Source: Octopus bimaculoides
Lineage: Eukaryota
Assembly (NCBI RefSeq): GCF_001194135.2
Contig: NC_068984.1
Location: 38,190,617-38,254,616, forward strand
Length of the DNA stretch: 64,000 bases
Reading direction: 5' to 3'
Positions 24,475 through 36,966 of this stretch are shown here, piece by piece. The position numbers and the translations under genes are program-made. How positions within the stretch are numbered: position 1 is the first letter of the stretch; the number at the start of each line of letters is the position of its first letter. The notes beneath the pieces are model-generated. The model ran no database searches, was not told where the DNA came from, and worked only from the letters and a program-made list of their open reading frames with translations.

Positions 24475-24760
24475 ATGGTTTCAAAGAGAATAATAATCTA
24501 AAGGAAAGCATGTGTCCTATTTGTGGGCCAGAAGCTGGAACGTGTAAGGAAGTTAGAGGCTGGTGCTTCAGGGGTGAGTGTTTGTGAAGAATATAATGTT
24601 AAAAAGCAAACAATTTTGGGATGGTGCAAATCTAAGGACAAACTCACTATATGTTCTCTAAACTATAATGTTGATCCGAGGAAGCATATGAAAGTTCCAA
24701 AAGCTACAAATCTCGAAGGGAGAATATCAAAGTGATTTATCCATCAATGACCTTGTGGTA
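24475..24760 (+). mobile_element. pogo/Tigger (CENP-B/Jerky-like) transposase N-terminal remnant
   Basis: RKHVS../GQKLERVRKLEAGASGVSVCEEYNVKKQTILGWCKSKDKL...RKHMKVPKATNLE: psq-type HTH followed by the CENP-B HTH start; frameshifted. Confidence 0.75.
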
Positions 24761-24808
24761 ACAAAATCTATGATGTAAAAATTGTGTTGTCATGCTTGAT
24801 GGACATAT

Positions 24809-25077
24809 GTGCATTAACAATTTTGAAGCATCAAATCTATATTTTTCCCACCTTTGTTGTTTTGCTATCAATACATACATTAACACAATTATTTCATTCC
24901 AAACTTATTTTCTAAAAAAGTTGTCTACTTTCAATAAAACCTTATCTATTGTACATCCATCTAATGATTGATAAAAAAAACTAAGTCCTCATGCACAGTG
25001 TTTTCATACAAATATTTGATAAATACTAATAATTGAGGTGCATTTGTAATATCAGTTGATTCATCTGAGTCAGTTTT
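24809..25077 (-). repeat. Inverted duplicate of the hAT transposase segment at 25514-25765
   Basis: Long shared blocks in inverted orientation, e.g. CCCACCTTTGTTGTTTTGCTATCAATACATAC and CCATCTAATGATTGATAAA, with substitutions and indels. Confidence 0.85.
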
Positions 25078-25079
25078 AA

Positions 25080-26160
25080 TTATAAAAACTAAGAAACCAT
25101 ACATGATTGGTGAATGTCTTCAGAAAGAAACACCAAAATTACTGATAAAATTAGTAAAATCCCGCTTTTATTCGACATGGTATGTTAAAGAATTTCAGAA
25201 ATTAGAAAATAACTCATTTGGGGGATTTATTGAAAGAATTAACTGAAGTACTAAATTTGTGATTCACTTAGATCAGTGGTTCTCAACCAGGGTCCATATG
25301 ATCCTTGTGGAGTCCATATAAAATTGTGTTATTAAAATTTATCTGCAATAAATTGGTTATACTGCTGCAATACTCAAAATATTTTAACATTTTTTATGCA
25401 ATTCCTAATGATATTTAATTATAAAAATACAAAGGGATTTTATTAAAACTTCAAATAGTCCTTCTGAGTAAAATAGGAATCAAAGGGGTCTACAGGCAAA
25501 GAAATGGTTGAGAAAGACTGACTTAGATGAATCAACTATTACAAATGCACCTCATTAGTATTTGTCAGATATTTGTATGAAAACAGTGCATGAGTGTTTA
25601 GTGCTTTATCAATCATTAGATGGGGCTTTATTGAAAGTAGACAACTTTTTTTTAGAAAATAAATTTGGAATGAAATAACTGTTAGTGTATGTATTGATAG
25701 CAAAACAACAAAGGTGGGAAAAAATATAGGATTTGATGCTAAAATTAAATCTGTTACCAATGCACTTGCTAAATTCACTCATTGTATGATGCATTAAAAT
25801 TACAATTATTTCTTCAGGGCTAAATGCAGTAATACATGATGCTATAAATATTATCAGCTTCATTAAAAATTATGCAATGACTAGCTGTCCATTTCCCAAA
25901 TCTACACCAGGATATGAGAGCATTAAAGTTTTATTTTGTGCATAGATGTTTTATGGTTGTCAAAGGGATTGGTTTTGAGACAACTAGTGGACAACAAGTT
26001 GTCAGAAAAAAAAAATGAAATTCTGCAAAATTTTTTCATGGTGAGAATTGAGTTTGCAAATTATACCATTTGTCAGACATATTTGAAAAGCTCAATGACT
26101 GTATTTTGTCCCTGTAAGGGAAGAACACAAAACATTTTCGTTTTGAAAGGCATATTTCAA
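25080..26160 (+). mobile_element. Decayed hAT (Charlie/ZBED5-like) transposase, interrupted by a MITE
   Basis: IKTKKPYMIGE, ISKIP, FVIHLDEST, VSVCIDSKTTKVGKNIGFDAKIKSV..FTHCMMH, LNAVIHDAINIISFIK, LWLSKGLVL, DIFEKLND: the typical Charlie motif order. Confidence 0.85.
25274..25520. mobile_element. 247-bp hAT/Charlie-type MITE
   Basis: TIRs CAGTGGTTCTCAACC / GGTTGAGAAAGACTG; exact 8-bp TSD ACTTAGAT at 25266-25273 and 25521-25528. Confidence 0.92.
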
Positions 26161-26177
26161 CATAGATCTAAACATCA

Positions 26178-26425
26178 GCATCATCATCATCATTTAACAT
26201 CTGCTTTCCATGCTGGCATGGATTAGACAGTTTGATTGAGGACTGGCAAGTCAGGAGGCTGCACCAGCCTCCAATCTGATCTGGCAAGGTTTCTATAGCT
26301 GGATGCCCATCCTAATGCCAACCACTCCAAGGGTGCGGTGCAGTGAGTGGTTTTTATGTGCCACTGGCATGGGGACCAGTCAGATGGCACTGGCATCAAC
26401 TCTGCTTGAATGGTGCCTTTTACTT
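26178..26425 (-). mobile_element. Older family A copy
   Basis: CATCATCATCATTTAACATCTGCTTTCCATGCTGGCATGG...CTGGATGCCCATCCTAATGCCAACCACTCC. Confidence 0.8.
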
Positions 26426-27599
26426 AAAAATATTTGATGGTCATGGTTGGAACACCTTTGATGAGAGTCTGCTGGATCAGAACTGATCAGGGATTAAACA
26501 ACAACAACAACAATACTTTAATAAGTCAAGCCAGTGAGGGAGTCCTTACATAGTAATTCAACCAGCCAGAAATAGCAACCAAATCTTCTTTAAAACCATA
26601 CTTTACCATCTTAAAATGGGAAGGATACAACACACAGTGTAATGTATATCTAAATATATTACGTATGAATACAAAATGAGGTGGTGATACCTGAAACATC
26701 TTTGATCATAGGACTGTTTATCAGGGCTGGCCTGGGGCTGAAATACTACAATAATGTAATGAATGAAGACAATGAGAGGGCCTGAACCTGCTCAGAATAG
26801 CAGATTCATCTCCTTCAAATCAAACCAAATTCTATGTTTAGAAAAATGCATGATGTATTGGATAATGTTGTCCTAGATATAAAGACTGGAGTACTTTTGA
26901 TCATCACTTTCTTGCTTTACGCCACATCACTTATGAACATTTGACTCCTACTCAAAAGCACAGTATGTCCTTCATTGGAGTTTTCTTAACTACGGTCTTG
27001 GATCATCTGCATGGTTTGTCAGACCACATGTTGGATGTTTTTACAAGACACCACTCATGTGGATAGCTGTTGGCTCACAATGACTTCATCCATCCTTTGA
27101 TGTGTCTTGTTCCTTTGTCCTGCAGTATGTCCATAACACTTACTTCACCTGGCAAGCCAAGTGGGAGGGGCCAGTTTTGTTGCTGACCACCCCAACCATG
27201 AAACAGGTAGTATTGTGTTACATGGTACTAGTGGCAAGACTTTCCCAGCCCGGTTCAGGACTAAATCACTGGTTAAACAACAAATACAATATATTAAGGC
27301 ATCCTCCTTTCAAGTTGACAAAGAATAAAAGAGTTAAATGATTTAATTATTCAGGTTAGTGAAAGGGATGAGATTTGAACCCATGATACCATGATCAAGA
27401 GACAAGGGCCACTGTCTGATAGGCTGTTGGTCATATGTTACCAACAGGATTATTTTGTTTTTATTGATTAAGAGAATATTACCAATTCCAGTAGAGTCCA
27501 AATAATCCTGAAAAATAACATTGCCAAAAACACTGCAGTAAATCAATGTTGTTGTATAGTTGTGGGCGTTATGCACCATCATAATGATATATATTCATA

Positions 27600-27774
27600 C
27601 ATAGGTGTGTGTGTGTGTGTACACACACATACACATACACACACGCAGATATATATATAATCATGTGTGCATGTATATATACATGAGTGTGCATTCATAC
27701 ATGTATTTATACATATGTGTGTGTACATATATGTATACATATATATATGTATGTATATACATACATACATTCGT

Positions 27775-27856
<82 letters not shown>
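27600..27856. repeat. Compound (TG)/(TA)/(CA) microsatellite
   Basis: Direct inspection; similar compound arrays lie at 19130-19320, 36240-36500 and 52880-53900. Confidence 0.95.
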
Positions 27857-29174
27857 TAGCTGAATACCCATCATTGCCAGGCAATTTTTACAATAGAATG
27901 TCTTAAATTTTTGTGCATTCCATGTTAGATCATGCCTTCTCCAACAGATAAGCCTCTTGATCAGGACAAATTTGTGCAATTTTTCACCAAAAACTTTGTT
28001 AAGGATTTTTTTCCTTTTCAAATTATTTACATGTGTGTTCGACCATTTCACATGACTTTATTCATTAAAACTTCAGAAGTTCTTACAATTTTGGTTGGTA
28101 TAATGCTTTGCTTTCATTCGTTTAATAAAAATTCCTTCTCGTAATGCCTTTGCTTTCATTTTGTGATAGGCAGCTATTGTGCAGAAAATGCCAGCTATCA
28201 TGTAGAAAATGTCAGCTTCCAAATCCTGTTTTCTGATTAGGTAAAATTTATTAAATTTTGAACCTCAGTAATATTTTTCTGCAACTATTCTGAAACAAAT
28301 AAATAACAAAATTGGATTTAACATGGAAAATTATTTCAATATACCAAATTTGAAAACTTTGACATAATTTTAAAATCTCACAATATGTGACAGCAACAGG
28401 GAAGACCCTACAAAAGTAGGGAGATAGACAGTTATAGGACGTCACACACACACACATACACACACACACACACATTTACAAACATATACATTGGTAATCA
28501 CAAGTTTAAAATGGTGTATAGCAGGCATATGTGTGTACATATGTATGTATATATATGTATGTATGTGTGTGAGTGTTTCTTTGCGATTGACATCAGAAAA
28601 GCCACCCAACCCTCTCTCCTTAAAGTTACGTATTCCTCACGCCTACCTTTTTGTGTCTATAGATGTGGTAGCTATGTATTTATGAAAGTATGTATGCAGC
28701 ATTGCATGTATATGGCAGCTGTATTAATCTTATCACCCCATTGCCACTCAATATTTGTCACTTTCATAATGCTGTTCTTGCCATCCCTGATATAAGTCAT
28801 CTGCTGCCCGTTTCCCTCTGACTAATACTTTTTGCACCCTTCTCATTTTATCATATAATTCACTGAACCCCACTAGAAGGCACATTATAGATTTTTATTG
28901 AAATCCAACTGGCCTGTCATTGAACTGGAAGTTAGTATAACATGTTTGCAAAGTTTTGTGAATATTGGTTTGCTGGTTTAGGCAAGATGGCGAGATGGTG
29001 TGATGGCGGTTGCTATGGCATTGAGGTAGATCCGGCCACCCCTGTTAACAGGGACAAAACCCAGATTTAAAACACTGGAAGATGATGATGATGGTAACAG
29101 ACAGAAATTTCCATTTATATATACGATATAATGCAAGTATGAAATGTGGGTGGAAATGATGATGATAATGATTT

Positions 29175-29214
<40 letters not shown>

Positions 29215-30109
29215 TACCTATGGAAAGAGAGAGAGAGAGAGAGAGAGCAATTGAGTGAGAGAGAGAATGAAAGAAAGAGACACATACAGTCCACATGAAG
29301 AAATTTGTGTGTGTGTTTGTGCGTGTGTGTTGTTTAAATTGATAACTGGACAGCAATCAATTCCATGTTTCTAGAGAATTCATTGATTTGTTGTTGTGTA
29401 AAGTACAGCTGAGATATTAATTACTATATATCAATACAACAGAGTTTATAGTGCATCTACTTTGTTTCTCTGTATGTATGTTTCACTTTATGTACATGTG
29501 TACATGTCTGCCTTGTATCTTTGTGAGTGATTTATGGTTTTGCAGTTTTTCAATATAGCAATTTAAACATCACACTCATACATACTTATTCACATGCCTT
29601 CGTTCCCATACACACATTCATACATGAATTTATGCATGGGTGTGTGTAAGTGTTAATCTTTATGTGTCTTTATGAGTTTTTATGTGTTTTTATGCTGTCT
29701 TCTTTTGTGATTATTTGAACACTTCTAATAAAGAAAGTGCTGGTTTGCAGCAAAAGAAAAAAAGCTCAGTCACTGGAATTTAGATAACAATAATAGTGAA
29801 AATTTACATGTTGAGCATTACAGATGTCTTTTATACTTTTACTGTTCTGTTTACAGATTATATTTTAGATTATGTAGCTGGTCATTTTCTTTGGGAGTAA
29901 ACCCTGGCTTTTAGGATTAACTATAACACAGCCTATTGCACTAATAACTATAGATATAAATGTGAATTTATAATTTGGGTTTCAAAGTATTTATCTGTAA
30001 ATTGTCTATTTCTCACTGGTTTTGAGCAAATTGTTCACATTAGCAAGTCTTTATATATATATACACACACACCAAGATCCCATGGGTAGCCAGTCTTATA
30101 TTCCTTTGT

Positions 30110-30478
30110 TACGGTGTGGAGGACTATAACAAATAAGAGGGGACTGAAAACCAAGCTCTAGTGAACTCCTAGTACACTAGATTCATCTCTGTATTCATGG
30201 CTGACCCTCACCCTACTGAAAGCACCTCTATACATAGCTTGTATGGCTCTAACAAGCCATTCATCTACTCCTAGCTTCTTTAGAGACCATCATATCTTAG
30301 AACAAGGAACTCTGTCAAAGGCTTTCTCCAGGTTGATAAATACCAAGTATAATGGTTTACTTTTAGCTAGATATTTCTCTGGCAGCACACTCTCACTAGG
30401 AAGATGGCATCTGCAGTACTCCCCGCTGGCACAAAACCAAACTCCATCTGACCTAGTCTAATTCTGTTCCTAATCAAT
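30110..30478 (-). mobile_element. RTE-clade LINE reverse transcriptase fragment
   Basis: Minus-strand MEFGFVPAGSTADAIFLVR...KYLAKSKPLYLVFINLEKAFDRVP...WSLKKLGVDEWLVRAIQAMY...GVH*SLVFSPLLFVIV (RT motifs QFGF, DLEKAFD, GVHQGS.LSP). Confidence 0.85.
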
Positions 30479-30518
30479 TGGGCTATCTACACACACGCAT
30501 GCACGCACGCACGCATGC

Positions 30519-30557
<39 letters not shown>

Positions 30558-31823
30558 TTTTGCTATGTTTATTAAATTTTGCCATGCCACACATGCATAC
30601 CTAACTATGTACCTACATACATATACCTGCCTGTCAACAAAGTATATGTACATGAAACAAGCAAACAATATAGAACAAAGGATACACATAACATAAACTA
30701 TAACCATCGACTGTTTCTGATACATATTTCATAATAATTGATTTTTTTTTTACTTTTACACTTATGTTTCTAAACAGAGGAATTGATTACCAGTTTTTAT
30801 GAACTTCACTTCAAATACAACACATGTAGATAATTATCAATAACTATATCTTTCTCTTGGCCTGAATGAGAAGGTGTGGTTATCTAAATAAATGTTATTG
30901 TCATGAAGAAAGAAGTTCAATGTTTTGAGCTTTGGCCCTTTATCAAGGAGGGGAAAAGAGTTTTGTAGCTGTGGCTGAAACTGGGTCATGTAAATTACTG
31001 ATGCTTAAAGAGGTTTCCAAAATTCTCTCTTCTTTCCTTTTATATAGAGCCTGAACCCAAAACACTGATAGTCATTCTTTTGTCATAGTAACAACATTTA
31101 CTTAAGCTCCTATACTTCATATTGGTTTGTTTTGTAATTGGAGTGGAGAGTATGACAGAGAACAAGGGGAAAGAGAAGAGGTTAATGACAGGGGTTACAC
31201 ATGACTATAAATTCATAAAATATATAAAATATACTTTTTTACTATTTTACTAATTTCAGTCATTGGACTACAACCATGCTGGAGCACTGCTGATGAAGGT
31301 TTCATTGATCTTATCAACTCCAATACATATTCCAATGTGGATCTTATTTTATTGATCTTTATTTGTATTCTTTTCATCTGTTTGTTGAATTAAGTTACAT
31401 GAAACAACATAAACACAAACATAGGCACAAGCACAGACAAATATCAGCACTTTGCATATGTGATTATTTATTATGTATGTATGCGTGTGTGTATGCATAT
31501 AACAGGTACAGGTATAGCTGTGTGGTTTAGAAGATTGCTTCACAGCCAGTTGTTTGGGTTCAGTTTGAATGTACGGCAACTTGAGCAATTGAATTCTACT
31601 ATAGCCCCAAACTGACCAAAGTCTTATGAGATTTGGTATTCAGAAACTGAAATAAGTTCTTCACATATGTATGTGTGTGTGTGTTTTTGAAAACAAATTT
31701 TGTGTAAATACTGTTTTCAGTTTTGCAAATACATGTGTTAAAGATAATCCATTAAGAAGTAGTTTGTTTTAGTAGAGGGTTTCACCATCTACAGTTAAAT
31801 TTGGATTTAGAATTCTTATGGAG

Positions 31824-32146
31824 TCATCATTGTTTAAAGTCCGCTTTCCATGCTAGCATGGGTTGGACGATTTGACTGAGGACTGGTGAGCCAGATGGCT
31901 ACACCAGGCTCCAATCTGATTTGGCAGAGTTTCTACAGCTGGATGCCCTTCCTAATGCCAACCACTCCGAGAGTGTAGTGGGTGCTTTTACGTGCCACTG
32001 GCATGAAGGCCAGCCAGGCGGTACTGGCAATGGCCACGTTCAAAGTGATGTATTTTACGTGCCACCTACATAGGAGCCAGTCCAGCGGCACTGGCAACGA
32101 TCTCGCTCGAATGACTTTTCACGTGCCACCGGCACAAGTGCCAGGA
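31824..32146 (-). mobile_element. Young family A copy
   Basis: Reverse complement of 20001-20385, with three GTGGCAC(G)TAAAA-type units. Confidence 0.9.
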
Positions 32147-32796
32147 ACGTTGGTTCTTTCATTTGCATTTTGTAATTGATCGTTTTCTTTCTTTATTTTG
32201 ACAAAAAAGGGGAATAGTTAGCATTTTCCATTTGCACAAATATCTACACATTCACTACATGGAACATGAAGTGTATTTGAATTGTTGCTTATGCACTCTA
32301 ACCCTATCAATTGATTTTTGTTCTATATAACCAATATAATTCTCATTACATTGTGGACATGCGATGCAGTAAATGGGATTTTTTTGTTTTACAATTCATA
32401 TTTGCATTAACTCTAAGTTCTTTCCCTCCCCCCTTCTCTTAACATTTCTTATCTGCATTAATTCTTCTTCTGGTTCAAATTTTGCCTTTCTTAAAAGTTT
32501 TTTTTTTAGGTCTAGCAGCTGTTTTCAGCTCTTAATAATTTGTAACGTTTAATTATTTTTCTTAGATTTGATGATTAATGTAAAACTGGTAGATATCATC
32601 TAGTTGAATGTAAGATGTGATTTCTGGTTTTATGGGTGATTTACAAATCAAATATTTCTGTTTGTGTTTGTCTCCTCATTGTGACGGTTTCTCAATAAAT
32701 CAGAAATTGTGATTCCTTTTGCTTTGGTTATGGTATGATTTACTAAGATTTTCAAGTATTTTTGTCATTGGAGAAACATGTTTAGTTCTACTAGTT

Positions 32797-32946
32797 ATCT
32801 CTCTCTCTCTCTCTCTCACTCTCTCTCTCTTTCTCTCTCACTCTCTCTCTCTTTCTCTCTCACTCTCTCTCTCTTTCTCTCTNNNNNNNNNNTCTCTCTC
32901 TTTCTCTCTCACTCTCTCTCTCTTTCTCTCTCACTCTCTCTCTCTT

Positions 32947-32975
<29 letters not shown>
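32797..32975. repeat. (CT)n microsatellite containing a 10-N gap (32883-32892)
   Basis: Direct inspection. Confidence 0.95.
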
Positions 32976-32977
<2 letters not shown>

Positions 32978-33269
32978 TCTACTTGAGTCTGTAACTATTG
33001 AACATATATATTTCTTGCTATATTAAATCGGATATTTCTTTTGATATGAAATGAGCGACAAAACCTAATTTAAGTATTGGTGTGTTTATGTTCATTCAGT
33101 ACAGATCAGATGTAATAGTCTTATTTTCCTTAATTACCAGAATCTTTGCCTGATTTGGAATTACTTTTGATCAGTATTTCCCATCTTATTTAAAAGAAAA
33201 CAGGTAAAGATTCCTAGATGACTGCTTTATATTTTTGGAACAGAAGGAAGGTAGACCTTATATGACACC

Positions 33270-34030
33270 TTGAACATTCATGAACTGATCCAGTTCACCC
33301 TTCTGTGCCACCAAATTATCCCTCCCCCACATCACATGCTGCTCACTCCCTACCCCCTGCAGTATTCCTGCCTTTCCTCTTACTCTTGTAACCTATCCAC
33401 CTGCGGATCATTTCTTGCTCTTATCTTTCCCCTGTCTACTGTATTATTATTCTGCTACTCTTCACTCCTTTCTGTACTGTCAGTCATCACCTACTCTTCT
33501 TTAATTACCTTTCATCTCTTGTTCACTATTCACTACATCCACACTTCAACCCTACCCAACCACTATAGTCATCACCTACTCTTCCTTGCCTTCCCGCCAA
33601 CATGAGTTTGTCATCCCTCAACACTTGTTCTTCATTCATTTCACCTCATCCATTCCCCATTTCTAGCAACTCTTCACTCCCTCCATACACTCTTGTAATT
33701 TCTATCCACCCACACTCCTCTGTTCTATTGTCTTTGTTCACTTATAATCACCTCCTACCTTTAGTGTCCACACTCACACCTCACCACTATTATATCTTTC
33801 TTCCCAGCTCCACCTGGGTTATTCACAACCTCTCTACTAAATGTAAGTAGCCATGTAGCTCCTTTACAGTAAGAAACCTCTTCTTTCATACTTGAACCTC
33901 TCATCTACTCGCATAGAGCTACCTTCTCTGCTGTAGTAAAAGAGGTCTTAGCTTTGCAAGCTGCATGACAACTTCTCTAGTGCTAATGCCATGAGCAAAG
34001 CATACTCTGTAAAGTGTACATGCTATAAAT
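33270..34030 (+). mobile_element. Old pyrimidine-rich 3'UTR-like extension of family A
   Basis: C/T-rich non-periodic tract ending GCAAGCTGCATGACAACTTCTCTAGTGCTAATGCCATGAGCAAAGCATACTCTGTAAAGTG, which resembles the sequence preceding the family A core at 4060 and 51490. Confidence 0.45.
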
Positions 34031-34253
34031 TAACAGATGTTAGGAAACACATTCAAGTATTTAGTGGTGGGGGAGATAATTTGGTAGCTCAGTGGTGGGG
34101 AAAAAGGATCACTGTAAAGTGTGGGTGAAGAGAACAGCATTGATAGATGAAGGATGATTAATTAGTGAAATGGTTTCAAGTAAGAAGAAAAATTAATGGT
34201 ATCAAGAAAGATCAACAGTGGAGGAAATTGGGCAATGAACCCAGTTGTACATA

Positions 34254-34254
<1 letters not shown>

Positions 34255-34349
<95 letters not shown>
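34255..34349. repeat. Long (GT)n microsatellite
   Basis: Direct inspection. Confidence 0.98.
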
Positions 34350-34351
<2 letters not shown>

Positions 34352-34515
34352 AAGAAAAAGGAGGCAGTCAGAATTTTGGATAATTCTTTATTAGTGCTTT
34401 TGTTCATTTAGCCAAACTCTTCAAGATAATAAAACCAAGATGATCTTGGAAAGAGTTAAATGGACAAAAGTGCTAATAAAGAATAATCCAAAATTCTGAC
34501 TGTCTCCTTCTTCTT
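34352..34515. repeat. Inverted repeat/hairpin with ~75-bp arms and 15-nt loop (possible small MITE)
   Basis: GGAGGCAGTCAGAATTTTGGATAATTCTTTATTAG pairs with CTAATAAAGAATAATCCAAAATTCTGACTGTCTCC; arms 34352-34427 and 34443-34515. Confidence 0.85.
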
Positions 34516-34689
34516 AATATACAATATTTGTACTCCACTTCAAACACACACACACACAACACAAAGTACTTTCAGATTTCAGTTACACTTCAGTAGGCAG
34601 GTCTTCCCAAGAACCACAAATTGCCAGTCATCCTGCTCCTTTGCAGTTGTGGCAGTACAAGTTGTTATGATTGTGTTGGTGTTGGTCAT

Positions 34690-35107
34690 CATGACACTGA
34701 TGAGGGATGATGTTGCCACTAGAGATACCAATGATAATATTAATATGATGGTGGAGCTGGGGGTAGTAGGAATAGCCATGTGTCTGATGTTGGTAGTGAT
34801 CCTAATGATAATGAAGAAAATGGCAATGACGATGATGCTGATGATAATGATGATGGTAATGATGATGATGGTGGTGGTACTGGTGGCAGTGATGATTATG
34901 ATGATTATGATGATGGCAGTGATGGTGATTATGGTTGTTTATGGTTGTTGTTGTGAAGGTGATGGGAGTATCATGGTTATAGTTGTATCTATGACTGTGT
35001 TGTGGCTGTTGTCAAGCTTCAGATCAGCCCTGATAGGATAAACCTATTTTCAAAGACATTCCAGCCATGACCAGCCCATCTTTTTACTTTGAGCAGAGGG
35101 TCAAGAA

Positions 35108-35153
<46 letters not shown>

Positions 35154-35325
35154 ATAATGGTGATGATGATGATGGTGATGATTATGATGATTATGATGAT
35201 GATGATGGTGATGATGGTGATGGTGATGATGATGATGATGATGGTGATGATTATGATGATTATGATGATGATGATGGTGATGATGATCATGATCATGATC
35301 AGGATGATGGTGGTGGTGGTGATGA
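34690..35325. repeat. Degenerate (ATG/GTG)n trinucleotide arrays
   Basis: Direct inspection; similar arrays lie at 42395-42570 and, as (ATC/ACC)n, at 54425-54660. Confidence 0.95.
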
Positions 35326-35700
35326 CATTTATTTTGAGCACTGTTGCTGCTTTACTTTGTAAGGTTAAAAAGATGTTTCTAGGAAGATATTGAGAAAAAT
35401 ATCATCTCACATTTAGAAAAATAATTTTCTGAGTCAGCGAAAGCAAAAATATATTTTTTTTCACTTTAAAAAATAAATTCTTATTTCTTCTCTTTTTAAA
35501 ATTAAAAGATAATTTGTGATTTCCTAATGCATGAAAAACAAATTATATACAAAAATATTTTTAAAATATGTTAATGAACAGAGGTTATCTTTATAAAAAT
35601 CATTCTTTAGGCTAATTAATAACTGGAAAGTAGAAGACACAAACAAACACCAGATCAATCAGTTTCTGAGTAATCAAAGCAATTTTAGTAAAACCAGAAA

Positions 35701-35791
35701 AAAAAGAAAAAATCTCAAAAAAAAATCTCAAAAAAAAAATCTCAAAAAAAAAAATCTCAAAAAAAAATCTCAAAAAAAAATCTCAAAAAAA
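35701..35791. repeat. (A7-11 TCTC)x6 minisatellite
   Basis: Six TCTC units separated by A-tracts. Confidence 0.95.
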
Positions 35792-36296
35792 CAACCGGAT
35801 GTAAAAGTCTGGCTAGGAAATTTTCTACTTTGTGATTGGATAGCATACTTCCTTTGATTTGTCCATATATTACATACATTATATTGTATTTCATTATATC
35901 ACATTATAACCATTCCTTTTACATGCATATATGTAAATATATTAAGTATGAATACAAAAACAAATGCCTAATTCTTTTTCAGTTCTGTCCATTAAGTCTG
36001 TTAATGTTGTGGTTTGGCGTGATTGATAATGTATTCAAGTTATATATTATATATTATACAACTATCATGAGAGCATATAGTTGTATTCATGCATATATGT
36101 GTGTCTGTGTGTATATATTGTGTGTGTGTTGTTCAAAAAATGTTCATTTTCTATGTTTTCATTTCTCATTGTGTTTAACGTTTTTTTTTTATGTCCTGTA
36201 CCCATATATGCATGTATGTATACATATAGATGTAGGTATGTACATATATGTATGGATATATGCATATATTTACATATTATTTATATTATTATTATA

Positions 36297-36392
<96 letters not shown>

Positions 36393-36403
36393 CATATATA
36401 TAC

Positions 36404-36474
<71 letters not shown>

Positions 36475-36714
36475 CATACATACATACATACATACATATA
36501 TCCATTGTATAGATACATGCTGTATATATAAATTATACATTTACATAAAAGATATTGAATATTCAACTCTGAAGGCAGTGCACCAGTATGGCCATGGTTG
36601 TATTGCCATACATACACAACCTACACAACCATATTATATATGTGCATATATATGAGCACAGACTCTTTCATACATATTTTATTGTTTGATATACAAATAA
36701 GTTTCATTTCTCAG

Positions 36715-36750
36715 TCCTTTGGGTACTAACACTGACTGTAGTACAAACAG
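36715..36750 (+). other. Candidate 36-nt exon of a plus-strand transcript
   Basis: Acceptor TTTCATTTCTCAG, donor CAG|GTAAGT; open in two frames (PLGTNTDCSTN or LWVLTLTVVQT). Confidence 0.35.
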
Positions 36751-36922
36751 GTAAGTTGCTATTAACATATTTAATGTATGAACCATTAAATATGCAGTGT
36801 TGGATATTAGTTTTATTACAAACCTAACTCCTACATACATATCTAAATATTGATAATGATGATATGACCACAGAAAGAATATTGATTGAAGAAATTCTTA
36901 GTTGTTTTTCTCTTTGCTATAG

Positions 36923-36966
36923 ATTTACTGAAGCAAAATGCTTGAGGGATATACAACAGCTACAAG
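36923..36966 (+). other. Candidate 44-nt exon (FTEAKCLRDIQQLQ, or start exon MLEGYTTAT from ATG 36938)
   Basis: Acceptor TTTTTCTCTTTGCTATAG, weaker donor AAG|GTGACA; 172-nt GT-AG intron from the previous candidate; frame-compatible with it. Confidence 0.3.

Noticed and set aside
27579-28051. CVCV/YIYI/HTHT ORFs (also 17-19 kb, 36 kb, 53 kb)
   Set aside because: Dinucleotide microsatellites, which lack stop codons.
33141-33203. Plus-strand exon with AG/GT boundaries
   Set aside because: Stops in all three frames; no further support.
34649-35393. Poly-Met/poly-Ile ORFs (also 42279-42672, 54382-54786)
   Set aside because: Translations of (ATG)n/(ATC)n simple repeats; no domain content.
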